Below, in pieces: positions 1 to 8,827 of a DNA stretch of 64,000 nucleotides. The DNA is taken from assembly GCA_030697645.1 (NCBI GenBank), contig JAUYPI010000014.1:12136-76135 (forward strand). The letters are read 5' to 3'. Each line of letters begins with the position of its first letter. The first letter of the stretch is position 1. Position numbers and translations under genes: made by a program. The notes beneath the pieces were generated by a model. It saw only the letters and a program-made list of their open reading frames with translations. It was not told the DNA's origin and did no database searches. This stretch comes from a bacterium. Lineage in GTDB: Bacteria; Patescibacteriota; Minisyncoccia; Phycocordibacterales; VMGT01.

Positions 1-31
1 CGCGACCTACACGGCACAACACTCCCCTGCA

Positions 32-1219
32 CTACGCAGCCCTCAGAGAGAGCGACTCTCGGAGATACTGCGCCAGCTTACGCGCGATGAAAACATCGGT
101 CGCCTCGCGCGACTCGACGGTCATGCCGCCGATGTGCGGGACGATGAGGAGATTTTCGTGCATCTCGGCGTACTCGACGAGCGGGTGCTTTGAGAAGCCC
201 GCCGACTCGAACGAGAGCTCGTCGGCGAGCACGTCGGTTGCGTAGCCTGCGATCTTATTTTGCTTGAGCGCCGCGAGGAGCGCGCGCTCATTCACAATTT
301 TGCCGCGCGAGGTATTAATAAGATAAACGCTCGGCTTCATCAGCGCAAACTCGCGCTCGCCGAACATGCCTTCGGTCTCCGGAGTGAGATGCGCGTGGAT
401 GGAGACCGCGTCGCTCTCGCGAAGCAGCTCGTCAAAATCAACCTTTTCCGCTTTCGCCGTAAAGGCACCCGCACGAGGAGGGTCAGACCCTCCTCGGCAT
501 TGGCTGAGGAGGGTCTGACCCTCCTCAGCTTCCTCCTCGGCTTCGTCGGCTTGTCCGCCCCTGACGCCTGACGCTTTGTTACGCAATAGATCCTCAACCC
601 CGTTAGAGGCAGCCGCATAAAATGCAGCGTGGCCTCGAGCGCGGTCAACATCCGGTGTCTTCCCGAAAAACCGCGGCGACGACGCTCGAACGTACGGATC
701 AAAAAAAATAACGCGCATGCCGAAGCCCGCTGCCTGCCGCGCCATGATGCGGCCGAGGCGGCCGAGTCCCACGATCCCCAGTGTCTTACCCGAGAGCGAG
801 TGGCCGCGGAACGCCTCACGGTTCCACTCGTAGCGCCTCACCGACTCGAAAGCCCACGGCACTCGCCGCGCAAGATCAATCAGCATCCCAAACGCAAGCT
901 CCGCAGTACCGGTGATCGTATTCAAAAACTCCTCCTCGCCGCGAAGCGAGAGTACCTCGATGTCGCGCACGAGCGCGGCGTTGAGGTCAATGTGGTCGAG
1001 CCCCGTCGTCGCGGTTGCGATCACGCGCAGTTTCTCCGCACGCGCGAGCACGCGCGAGTCAAACGTAAGCCCGAGCCCAACAAGCGCCGCATCGTACTCG
1101 CCAATGACTTCCGCAAGCTCGCCCTGCGAGAGCGCGCGGTCGTCAAGGCACCCTACTCCCTCGAGTATCGCCCTCGCCTCGGGCGTCAGTACCTGCCCAA
1201 TAGTATTCAAAATGCGCAT
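32..1219 (-). CDS. D-isomer-specific 2-hydroxyacid dehydrogenase (SerA-like) with a ~70-aa repeat-derived in-frame insertion
   Basis: GIVGLGRLG NAD motif, LINTSRGKIV, DV..E and PHIGG catalytic motifs; abnormal segment between FFDPYV and KVDFDELLRESD. Confidence 0.9.
   Translation of the reverse strand: MRILNTIGQVLTPEARAILEGVGCLDDRALSQGELAEVIGEYDAALVGLGLTFDSRVLARAEKLRVIATATTGLDHIDLNAALVRDIEVLSLRGEEEFLNTITGTAELAFGMLIDLARRVPWAFESVRRYEWNREAFRGHSLSGKTLGIVGLGRLGRIMARQAAGFGMRVIFFDPYVRASSPRFFGKTPDVDRARGHAAFYAAASNGVEDLLRNKASGVRGGQADEAEEEAEEGQTLLSQCRGGSDPPRAGAFTAKAEKVDFDELLRESDAVSIHAHLTPETEGMFGEREFALMKPSVYLINTSRGKIVNERALLAALKQNKIAGYATDVLADELSFESAGFSKHPLVEYAEMHENLLIVPHIGGMTVESREATDVFIARKLAQYLRESLSLRAA
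474..529. repeat. Two tandem REP-like palindromes GAGGAGGGTC-W-GACCCTCCTC inside the CDS
   Basis: 474-496 CGAGGAGGGTC A GACCCTCCTCG (11-bp arms); 503-529 GCTGAGGAGGGTC T GACCCTCCTCAGC (13-bp arms). Confidence 0.9.
594..692. mobile_element. Degenerate copy of the CCCCGTTAGAG-ended miniature element
   Basis: AACCCCGTTAGAG at 596-608 is identical to 9405-9417; only a partial opposite end (CTCGAACG) near 685-692. Confidence 0.55.
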
Positions 1220-2154
1220 ACATCAAGACGTGACTCCAACTCCGCAAGTTCCTCAGTGATACGACGCCCAAAAGAAACGTCAGTGAGTGGTCGCGCACCG
1301 CTTCGAGCGCACGCGAAAAAATGGTCAAGTTCCCTCCGAAGCGGCTCTCGCGCGTCAAACGCAGGCACTTGAGGCGCGACGCCATCGCGGCAGATCAAAA
1401 GCGGTCCGCCCGCGAGCGACTCATCAAACAGCACCCGCATGCCCTCGCCGAGAAACGTGAGACGGCGTTTTTTTTCCCGCCCGTACCAGGAGGATGCAAG
1501 CGTGAGTGATGGGCCGTTCTCAGTACACATCGTCATCGCTACCGTGCCGGGAAGCGTTCCACCTTCCTGCGCGCGGAGAGAACCGTGAACCGCACCAATA
1601 CGCGGCGCCCCAAAAAGATAGTGCAGTATCGAGAGCGCATGCGGCGCAACGTCCCAAAGCACGTTCACATCAGGGCGCGGCGGAGACAGCGCATGCTCGA
1701 CAAACAAGTGTGTAAAACGAACACCGCGCTCGATGAGCTCCTCTCTGATATAGCGAATCGCGTCGTGAAAAAGGTACTGGTACCCCACCATGCACACTTT
1801 TCCCGAGATCTCGGCCGCATGAGCGAGCGCTCTCGCATCCTCGACGCTCGTCACCATCGGCTTCTCGACGAGCACATGCATACCGCGCGCGAGCGCCTCC
1901 TCGGCGAGGGCGAAATGCGTCGCCGGGGATGTCGCAATGATAGCGCAATCATACCGAGAGCTGCCGAGCGCTGCAGCGGCGTCAGTCGACACCTCGATTG
2001 CGCTCGGAATGCCGAGCGCCGCGCGCACATCTCCCGCAGCACTCTGGTGCACCACCACGCTCTCAAGCGCGACACCCTCAATCGTCTGCAGCAAGCGCGC
2101 GTAGTGCCTGCCGAAATTTCCAGCGCCCAAGAGCACACAGCGGAGCACAGACAT
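1207..2154 (-). CDS. Gfo/Idh/MocA family oxidoreductase
   Basis: LLGAGNFG, HVLVEKPM, D...H motifs; ATG 2154 chosen over GTG 2163. Confidence 0.9.
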   Translation of the reverse strand: MSVLRCVLLGAGNFGRHYARLLQTIEGVALESVVVHQSAAGDVRAALGIPSAIEVSTDAAAALGSSRYDCAIIATSPATHFALAEEALARGMHVLVEKPMVTSVEDARALAHAAEISGKVCMVGYQYLFHDAIRYIREELIERGVRFTHLFVEHALSPPRPDVNVLWDVAPHALSILHYLFGAPRIGAVHGSLRAQEGGTLPGTVAMTMCTENGPSLTLASSWYGREKKRRLTFLGEGMRVLFDESLAGGPLLICRDGVAPQVPAFDAREPLRRELDHFFACARSGARPLTDVSFGRRITEELAELESRLDVCAF

Positions 2155-2175
2155 ACGGTTCACGCCAGCAACGGA

Positions 2176-3270
2176 TTAATCCGCTCTCGCACCCTGCGGC
2201 GTATCAGCAAGCAGCGCCCTATAGTAGGAGAGCGTGCGCGCGAGGCCAGTGCGGAGGTCTATCGCAGGGGAATACCCAAGATCTCGCCGACTTTTGGTAA
2301 GGTCCGGACACCGCCGCTGCGGCTCACCGGCAGGATATGCGTCGGGGTAGGAGACCAAGCGCACTTCCGGCCGCTCGGGCAACATGCCGCTCATGAGCTC
2401 GGCGAGCTCTCGCATAGTAATTTCCTCACGATCATGCCCCACGTTATACGCCTCGCCGCGCTTCCCCGCGACCAGCACCTTGAGAAAACCGTGCACTGCG
2501 TCTGTGATATAGCAAAAAGTCCTCGTCTGCCGACCGTGGTCGTGCACCGTGAGGGGTTCACCACGGAGGCCTTGCACGGAAAACGTCGGGATGACGCGGT
2601 AGTCGTCAGCGCGCATCCCCGGGCCGTAGACATTAAAAGGCCGCACCGTGCTCACCGGCACACGGTAATACTCATGGTAAATGCTGCAGAGCGTCTCGCC
2701 GAGCCGCTTCGACTCATCATAGCAAGCGCGAGGGCCAACCGCTGAAACCCTCCCCCAGTAGTGCTCTGGGGTCGGCACGAACTCAGGAACCGGGTCGCCG
2801 TAGATTTCGCTTGAACTGAAATACAGCATCCCCTCGATCCCGCGCTCGCGCGCGAACTCAAGAAGGTGCTTCGTGCCGTTGACCGCAACCTCAATCGTCT
2901 CGACCGGAAATTTGCGGTAGTAGACCGGTGACGCCAGGCCCGCGGCATGAATGATATACGCGGCGCTGAGCTTCTCGGGGAGCGGGAAACGCACATCGTG
3001 CTCGAGCACGCGCACTTCAGGATAGGCGCTGAAATCAAACAACGGGTTGTTCGCGACGCCCGTAATATAATTATCGAGCACCACAATAGAGCACGGCCGC
3101 TCAAAACGCTCGCGATTAAGCGCGACGAGCGTCGCCACGAGGTAGCGGCCAAGAAATCCCCCGCCCCCGGTAATGAGCACGGTCTTCCCGGCAAGCTGGT
3201 CAAGCGCACCGCCGAGGAGCGCGACTATAGTGCGAATGTCTTCGGTAAACAGTCTTTGTATGTCGTTCAT
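2176..3270 (-). CDS. NAD-dependent epimerase/dehydratase, UDP-glucuronate decarboxylase-like
   Basis: TGGGGFLG, HAAGLASP, SSSEIYGDP, ACYDESKR, FNVYGPGM; start trimmed to MNDIQ. Confidence 0.85.
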   Translation of the reverse strand: MNDIQRLFTEDIRTIVALLGGALDQLAGKTVLITGGGGFLGRYLVATLVALNRERFERPCSIVVLDNYITGVANNPLFDFSAYPEVRVLEHDVRFPLPEKLSAAYIIHAAGLASPVYYRKFPVETIEVAVNGTKHLLEFARERGIEGMLYFSSSEIYGDPVPEFVPTPEHYWGRVSAVGPRACYDESKRLGETLCSIYHEYYRVPVSTVRPFNVYGPGMRADDYRVIPTFSVQGLRGEPLTVHDHGRQTRTFCYITDAVHGFLKVLVAGKRGEAYNVGHDREEITMRELAELMSGMLPERPEVRLVSYPDAYPAGEPQRRCPDLTKSRRDLGYSPAIDLRTGLARTLSYYRALLADTPQGARAD

Positions 3271-3275
3271 ATGCA

Positions 3276-4535
3276 CTACAACACCACAGGTTCGGGAACG
3301 GGTACAATAAACCGCCCTCCATGGGCTTTGAAATCGGCGAGCTTCGCCATAATCGGCTTGGCAAAATTCCAAGCGAGAATCAGAAGGTAATCGGGCGGTG
3401 CCTCACGGAGTGCCTCGGCGCTCACCACTCTGATGTGCGTGCCGGGCGTGTAGCGCCCCTGCTTCCAGGCACTGTCGTCCACTATATAGTCGAGTGTCTC
3501 GGCGCCGATACCAAAGTGAGTGAGGAGCGTGTTGCCCTTCGCCGGTGCCCCGTAGCCCGCAAGCCGCTTCCCGCTCTCTTTGAGCGAGAGGAGCAGTGTA
3601 CGAAGCGCGCGCTTATTGCGCTCGATCCGCTCCCCAAACGCCGCGTAGGTCGCCCGCTCCCCGAGCGCCGATGCGTCCTCCTCGTCGAGGACGCGTCGGA
3701 GCGCAGCGTGATTCAGAGGCCGTCGACCGGCAGGTGAGACAAATACCCGAAGTGAGCCGCCGTGCGTCTCTGTTTCCTCAACATCAAAAACCGACATCCC
3801 GAGACGCTCGAAGAGGCGCATGAGCGAGCGGAGTGTGAAGTAGGAGAGGTGTTCGTGGTAGACGGTATCGAACAGATTATGCCGGAGCATCGCGCCCAGA
3901 TAGTACGCCTCAATCACAAAAACGCCGTCTTCGTCAAGCAGCGCCGCAACGCCGGCTACCAGGTCATCAAGGTCGTGCACATGGGGGAAGACGCTGGTCG
4001 CACTGATAAGCTTCGCGCCCCCGCGCTCTTCCGCGAGAGCGCACGCAAGAGTTGTTGAGAAAAAGGCGGGGATCGTCTCGACACCTGCGCCACTAGCGCG
4101 CGCGGCAATCTCGCGCGCCGGATCAATACCGAGCACGCGCCACCCGCGCTCGGCGAGCGGCCGGAGCAAAATGCCGTCGTTGCTCCCGATGTCGACCGCG
4201 AGCGAGTTTGGAGGAAAATCGAAACGGCGCGTGAGCGTCTCCGCAAGCTCCTCAAAGTGGGCGACGAAAACGGGCGAGGTCGAGGAGACATAGACGTACG
4301 TACCAAAAAGGAGCTCCGGCGAGACAACATCTCCGAGCTGCACGAAGCGACACGTCTCGCAGAACAAAAGCTCGAGTGGAAAGTGCGGCTCGGGCTTCTC
4401 CACTTCCTCGGGGCGGAGAAACGCATTTGCCGGCGGTGTCGGGGCGAGCGAGAGTATCGGCGCGAGCGCCGTGCTCCTGCATACGCGGCAGGCATTCGTG
4501 CGAAAAGAAAGACCCGGTTCCATGGTCACGCTCAT
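3276..4535 (-). CDS. NDP-hexose C-methyltransferase (class I SAM, Zn-binding N-terminus)
   Basis: CRVC...CETC, DIGSNDG, FDTVYHEH, HGGSLR, GYGAPAKGNTLL, ILAWNF. Confidence 0.9.
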   Translation of the reverse strand: MSVTMEPGLSFRTNACRVCRSTALAPILSLAPTPPANAFLRPEEVEKPEPHFPLELLFCETCRFVQLGDVVSPELLFGTYVYVSSTSPVFVAHFEELAETLTRRFDFPPNSLAVDIGSNDGILLRPLAERGWRVLGIDPAREIAARASGAGVETIPAFFSTTLACALAEERGGAKLISATSVFPHVHDLDDLVAGVAALLDEDGVFVIEAYYLGAMLRHNLFDTVYHEHLSYFTLRSLMRLFERLGMSVFDVEETETHGGSLRVFVSPAGRRPLNHAALRRVLDEEDASALGERATYAAFGERIERNKRALRTLLLSLKESGKRLAGYGAPAKGNTLLTHFGIGAETLDYIVDDSAWKQGRYTPGTHIRVVSAEALREAPPDYLLILAWNFAKPIMAKLADFKAHGGRFIVPVPEPVVL

Positions 4536-4538
4536 GAG

Positions 4539-4928
4539 CTAGTGAGGAAGTGTGACGCGCACCGTGTCCGCCTCATAGTCCTCCTGTGCGCGCGATTCTG
4601 TTGCAAGCGCGAAAAACACCGAATCCTCGAGAAAACGCATCCGGTGAATGGTCATCGGCGGCGAGAACACCATATCCCCCGCTTCAAGCACGACCGACTC
4701 GCTCCGCTCCGGAGCATCCGCCGGCGCCTCAGTGTACTCCATGCGGCCGGACATAACATACGCATAATGCGCGTCTTTTTTATGATAATGGTTTGCACGA
4801 ACCGACCCCTTCTTTGAGGAGATCTTCAGCACACTGCGAATCACCGTCTTCCCGTCATCGAGAATTTTTGTAATCCCCCCGCGCTCATCTACAAATTCCG
4901 GTTTGATGTTTTTCGTCACCTGCAACAT
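4539..4928 (-). CDS. Cupin-domain protein (sugar isomerase-like)
   Basis: DERG, RANHYHK, YVMSG, GDMVFSPP..IH. Confidence 0.8.
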   Translation of the reverse strand: MLQVTKNIKPEFVDERGGITKILDDGKTVIRSVLKISSKKGSVRANHYHKKDAHYAYVMSGRMEYTEAPADAPERSESVVLEAGDMVFSPPMTIHRMRFLEDSVFFALATESRAQEDYEADTVRVTLPH

Positions 4929-4965
4929 GACACATTCACCCTATCACAAAACATCTAGCGCATAC

Positions 4966-5005
4966 AACAAAAAACACCCCGCCAACTCCTTGGCTTGCGG
5001 GGTGT
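4966..5005 (-). terminator. Rho-independent terminator after the DUF218-like gene
   Basis: Minus strand ACACCCCGC...GCGGGGTGT stem followed by a T-run. Confidence 0.7.
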
Positions 5006-5039
5006 ACGGTAATGGTGGCGCGAGATTATGTTTCGGGCG

Positions 5040-5684
5040 CTACCGCCACCGAGCGACGAGATACTCGAGTACTCTGCTCGGCAGTGGCATATTCGGGTAG
5101 TTCAGGATGCCGGAAAGCTCGTGGTCCCGGAGCAACTCCCAACGCCTGCCGGTCGTAACACCCTGCGAGTGTGTCACCTCCTGATTCCACTGCAGATATC
5201 GCCCGGACAAAAAGTATGCACGGAACTCCGGATATTCATCGAGCACGACGCCGACGACTGTCATCGCCGTGCGCAGCAGGTGAAACCTTGCAGCGACAAA
5301 AATGCCCTCAGTGTATCCCATCTCCCGTGCGTGCCGCACGCATGCGCGGGCCTCCGTGAGTGTATTGTACGCCGCGCGCACTTCGTCATTCGTAATCCGA
5401 ACAAGCTGACTAAACGGCACGCCGTACTCATGCAGTTGCTCCTCTCGCCGCGCGCACGGCGGAGCCCCGTGCGCAGTCGTGCCGTCGCAGAGCACAAACT
5501 TCTGGGCCACACCATTCTGCCACAAACGGACACCTTGTCTGAGAACAGCACCATCGCTATCCGCAAACTCTGCAAAAAGAAAGGCAGTTGTTTCTGGCAA
5601 CATGCCGACGCCTTCATCGTCCCCAACAATCGCATCAATAACGACCAGATCCCGCGCCTCAGCACTCAAATCAAACTTTGCCAC
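5040..5684 (-). CDS. YdcF/DUF218 (SanA/ElyC)-like protein
   Basis: NTLTEA...GIFVAARFHLLRT resembles the NT.ENA...VTS.FH..RA motif; GGAGG RBS before GTG. Confidence 0.55.
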   Translation of the reverse strand: MAKFDLSAEARDLVVIDAIVGDDEGVGMLPETTAFLFAEFADSDGAVLRQGVRLWQNGVAQKFVLCDGTTAHGAPPCARREEQLHEYGVPFSQLVRITNDEVRAAYNTLTEARACVRHAREMGYTEGIFVAARFHLLRTAMTVVGVVLDEYPEFRAYFLSGRYLQWNQEVTHSQGVTTGRRWELLRDHELSGILNYPNMPLPSRVLEYLVARWR

Positions 5685-5740
5685 CCTGTGTGCCTCCCTG
5701 AAATTGAACGCGTTCTAACGAGGAATTTACACCCAAGAGG

Positions 5741-5768
5741 ATTGTACATTAAAATTGCAGCCTGTCAA
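5741..5768 (-). promoter_or_regulatory. Near-consensus sigma70 promoter
   Basis: Minus strand TTGACA-N16-TACAAT upstream of 5684. Confidence 0.65.
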
Positions 5769-7018
5769 ATTTTGAAGACGTCAACGTCGAGCTCGGCGAG
5801 GAGAATATCGCGCGCGTGAATGCCTAGGTCTTCTATGGTGCGGACGCCGTATTTCTCAAACGGGATTTCAAACTCAACGCCGCGCTGCATTTTCTCGCGC
5901 GATGTAAGTACCGCCGCACGCGCCCTCTGTCGCGCGCCACGGAGAGCACGGATGCGGTGGTGGATGCCAAGGCGCCGCCCGAGGAAAACGATGAGGGCGC
6001 GGGGTAGTGCGAGCAGCGCACGGCGGCGCATAACGAGCTGTTCTGCGCGCGGGCGAGAGTGCAACACGCGAAACAGATTTAGCCAATTGCGCGGGAAATC
6101 ACGCGCGTCCATATTGAGATACACGAGCTCATCGAGATGCGCTCTGAGCACTCGATCAAGACGAATCGGTATGTCAGAAACAAGCTCCGGCAACAACTTC
6201 TTGACGCGGAGAAAGCTCTCGAGCAGCGCGTTACTGTACGTATGCGCGGTAAGCGGGCTCTCGCGCAGGGGAAACGCATCACGCTTGAATCGCGCGCGCG
6301 CCGCCGTGGACCACGCCTGGCTCATTGAGATCCCAAACCGACCGACCACGACGACCGGCGTGTCAATGAAAATGCACGAGCGCGCGAACGAAAGAAGAAT
6401 CGGCTGGTGCGAGTGAGCCGTGGGCATGTATTCAAACACGACGGTGTCTGCGCGCGAGAACGCTCGCTCGACCGCCTCGCGCGAAATCACCGTTGCCGAC
6501 GTGTGCAAACGCGGCATCTCGCCTGCCCCACCGCGCCGCGCAAATGAAAAGAGCGCCATGAGCATGGCGCGCGGACTTACATCGCATGTCGCTCCCGTAA
6601 ACGGCACAACGCCGAGGTGGTTGCGCAGATAATGCCGCGGGTGCGCACCGTCGTAATAATAGAGATGGCTTGCAGTAACGATGTCCGGGTTATCCTCGCT
6701 GTCAATCACGCGCTTAAAAACGGCGAGCGCGTGCGGGAGGAGATAATTGTCATCGTCGAACCAGAGGATATAGCGCCCGCGCGCCTGAAGCGCGCTGTAG
6801 TCGAACGAGTAATTCGGCCCGCGTCCCTGCGGCACCACAAAATATCTGATGCGGCTGTCGCCGGAGGAGAGTACCGCGCGCTTCGTCTCCTCCGAGCCGC
6901 GCACATCGGCAACCACAATCTCAAAATCCTGACACGTCTGCGCCAAGACCGAGCGCACCGCCATCGCGATCAGCACAGGCCGATTGCCGCCAGTGGGAAT
7001 CAGAATAGAAAAGAACAT
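5765..7018 (-). CDS. Glycosyltransferase family 2
   Basis: FSILIPT, SVLAQT..DFEIVVAD, ARGRYILWFDDD. Confidence 0.85.
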   Translation of the reverse strand: MFFSILIPTGGNRPVLIAMAVRSVLAQTCQDFEIVVADVRGSEETKRAVLSSGDSRIRYFVVPQGRGPNYSFDYSALQARGRYILWFDDDNYLLPHALAVFKRVIDSEDNPDIVTASHLYYYDGAHPRHYLRNHLGVVPFTGATCDVSPRAMLMALFSFARRGGAGEMPRLHTSATVISREAVERAFSRADTVVFEYMPTAHSHQPILLSFARSCIFIDTPVVVVGRFGISMSQAWSTAARARFKRDAFPLRESPLTAHTYSNALLESFLRVKKLLPELVSDIPIRLDRVLRAHLDELVYLNMDARDFPRNWLNLFRVLHSRPRAEQLVMRRRALLALPRALIVFLGRRLGIHHRIRALRGARQRARAAVLTSREKMQRGVEFEIPFEKYGVRTIEDLGIHARDILLAELDVDVFKI

Positions 7019-7053
7019 ACGGTATCCTTAAATCCGATATTCGAATTTCGAAT

Positions 7054-8022
7054 TTAATTGAGTGGTATCTCCTCCCAGTTGTATACCCAGCCATCTCTCG
7101 TGGGCGACGCAAACCTGCCGCGATAATAGTCTCTATTCAGGAGTTCGGTCGGCGTCATGTCCCTCTCGGCGCTCCCGAGGAGCGTCTGCCAAAGCGGAAT
7201 GTCACGCTCCACTTCCGTGCGCTGCGCCCCGCTCGAGAGTCTTCGGAAACGATCGAGCTCGGCAAGGAGCTTCGGCGTTATTGAAACCGGCCCGTCTTTC
7301 GACTGATCGGCAGCGAGTACGGTAAAATGCCGCTCGACGTAATCAGCGCCAAGCATGATCGCGACTTTTGCAGCCGTGATTCCATCGCGACCGACGTGCG
7401 TGTGGTCAGACCAGCCGACCTGCGGCACATGTTGTCTCAGCCAGTCCATACGAGCGAGGTGCGCCATCTCGAGCGTGTTCGGGTAACTCGTCACGCAGTG
7501 GAGAAACGTGAACTCCTTACCGAGCTCGCGCATGAGGGAAGCGGTTGCTTCAATCTCCTCGTCGTATGTTGCTCCGGTCGAAATAATGAAGCGATCAAAA
7601 TACTCTGCGAGCTCGCGGAGCAGCGCCGGACTCGCGCAATCATAACTGGCGACTTTGACAATCCGCTCGGGCCACGGCAGTGCACCAACGCCGGGAACGC
7701 GGTGCCGCGCAAAAATCGTCGTCATCGGCACGACGCCATACTTCACGCACTGCTCGATAAAAAAACGGTGGTCGTCGAGTGTGAGGTCGAGCTTGGCGAG
7801 CCGCTCGCGCTCAGCGTCAAAGGGACGCTTGATCGTCTTCACCGAGCCGTCGGGATGTGTCTCGCCTTCCTCAAAGCGCGAACGGTCTCGGAGGTCCTCG
7901 GACCACATCGACTGCATCTTCACGATGTCGGCGCCGTTTTCTGCCGCAGCGCGAATCTGCTGCGCGAAAATTTCGCGGTCGCCGTTGTGATTTTGGCAGA
8001 GTTCGACGATGAGTTTAGTCAT
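7054..8022 (-). CDS. Divergent N-acetylneuraminate synthase (NeuB) family protein, no obvious SAF domain
   Basis: IVELCQNHNGD, KVASYD, IISTG, LHCVTSYP, GWSDHT, VERHFT; start trimmed to MTKLI. Confidence 0.85.
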   Translation of the reverse strand: MTKLIVELCQNHNGDREIFAQQIRAAAENGADIVKMQSMWSEDLRDRSRFEEGETHPDGSVKTIKRPFDAERERLAKLDLTLDDHRFFIEQCVKYGVVPMTTIFARHRVPGVGALPWPERIVKVASYDCASPALLRELAEYFDRFIISTGATYDEEIEATASLMRELGKEFTFLHCVTSYPNTLEMAHLARMDWLRQHVPQVGWSDHTHVGRDGITAAKVAIMLGADYVERHFTVLAADQSKDGPVSITPKLLAELDRFRRLSSGAQRTEVERDIPLWQTLLGSAERDMTPTELLNRDYYRGRFASPTRDGWVYNWEEIPLN

Positions 8023-8031
8023 TTGTTTATT

Positions 8032-8117
8032 GGAAAGTAGAAAAGTGGAAGGTGGAGAGTAGTACGACATCGTACGCGTCGCCCGTCCCCATTATCTACT
8101 TTCTACTCTCTACCTTC
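8032..8117. repeat. Heptamer-repeat imperfect hairpin (GAAAGTA/TCTACTT type)
   Basis: GAAAGTAGAAAAGTGGAAGGTGGAGAGTAG faces CTACTTTCTACTCTCTACCTTC; overlaps the 3' end of the 8096 gene. Confidence 0.7.
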
Positions 8118-8821
8118 TTGTGCGCCACCGCCCCGTATCCTTCCGCGTACCAGTCCTTGCCTGTACGGAGATTCGGATTGGTCATCGTGCGCGCCACGAG
8201 AAAAATGCCACGCGCGCACCACCGGAGCAGGGCAACAGAAGCATAACCACACGCTTTTACGGCCAGATTTCTGCGGAAGCGCTGTCGCACGCTTGCCTTG
8301 GCGGTTCTAAAAAATCCGGTCTGTACTTTCTGCATCACGTCGATGACATTCCCGCTTGGCTCGACAACGACGTCTACAAACCCAGCGTGAGACAGAAGGT
8401 AACGCAGCATGTAGTGCGTGTAGCGCAGATAATCGTGCGGCTCCTGGTGAATTGAGATAAAAAACGGTACGAGTATCACGATCTTTCCGCCCGGTTTCAA
8501 AATGCGGTAACAGTGTGCAAGCACCGCTTTAGGATCGGGGACGTGCTCAAGTACATTCGAGAGCACCACAATGTCCGCGATCTCGGAGGAGAGTGGTATA
8601 CCGGCGACAATATCGGTAACAACATCGACGCCTGGGAACTGAACGAAGTCGACACCGATATAGCTGCCTTGCCGCAAAAGATCCCCATACTGACCTTTTC
8701 CCGCGCCGATGTCAACTATAACCGTCTCGGGAGTGATTCTGCCGATCTCGCGCCGGAAGTACTCATAGCCCCACAGCCTATTCTGTGACCACCCGCGCTT
8801 GTTTTGAGGATCGCCGTTCAT
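8096..8821 (-). CDS. Class I SAM-dependent methyltransferase
   Basis: VDIGAG, SNVLEHV, LKPGG, HQEPHDYLRYT. Confidence 0.9.
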   Translation of the reverse strand: MNGDPQNKRGWSQNRLWGYEYFRREIGRITPETVIVDIGAGKGQYGDLLRQGSYIGVDFVQFPGVDVVTDIVAGIPLSSEIADIVVLSNVLEHVPDPKAVLAHCYRILKPGGKIVILVPFFISIHQEPHDYLRYTHYMLRYLLSHAGFVDVVVEPSGNVIDVMQKVQTGFFRTAKASVRQRFRRNLAVKACGYASVALLRWCARGIFLVARTMTNPNLRTGKDWYAEGYGAVAHKKVESRK

Positions 8822-8827
8822 GCCGCC

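Noticed and set aside
449-692. Intein or intron in the dehydrogenase
   Set aside because: No Cys/Ser start with His-Asn end and no group I/II features; the DNA is explained by palindromic repeats.
1585-2745. Long opposite-strand ORFs (also 10643..11845, 30158..31096, 31160..32074, 38593..39165, 43292..44377)
   Set aside because: Antisense shadows of well-supported GC-rich genes, with no motifs of their own.
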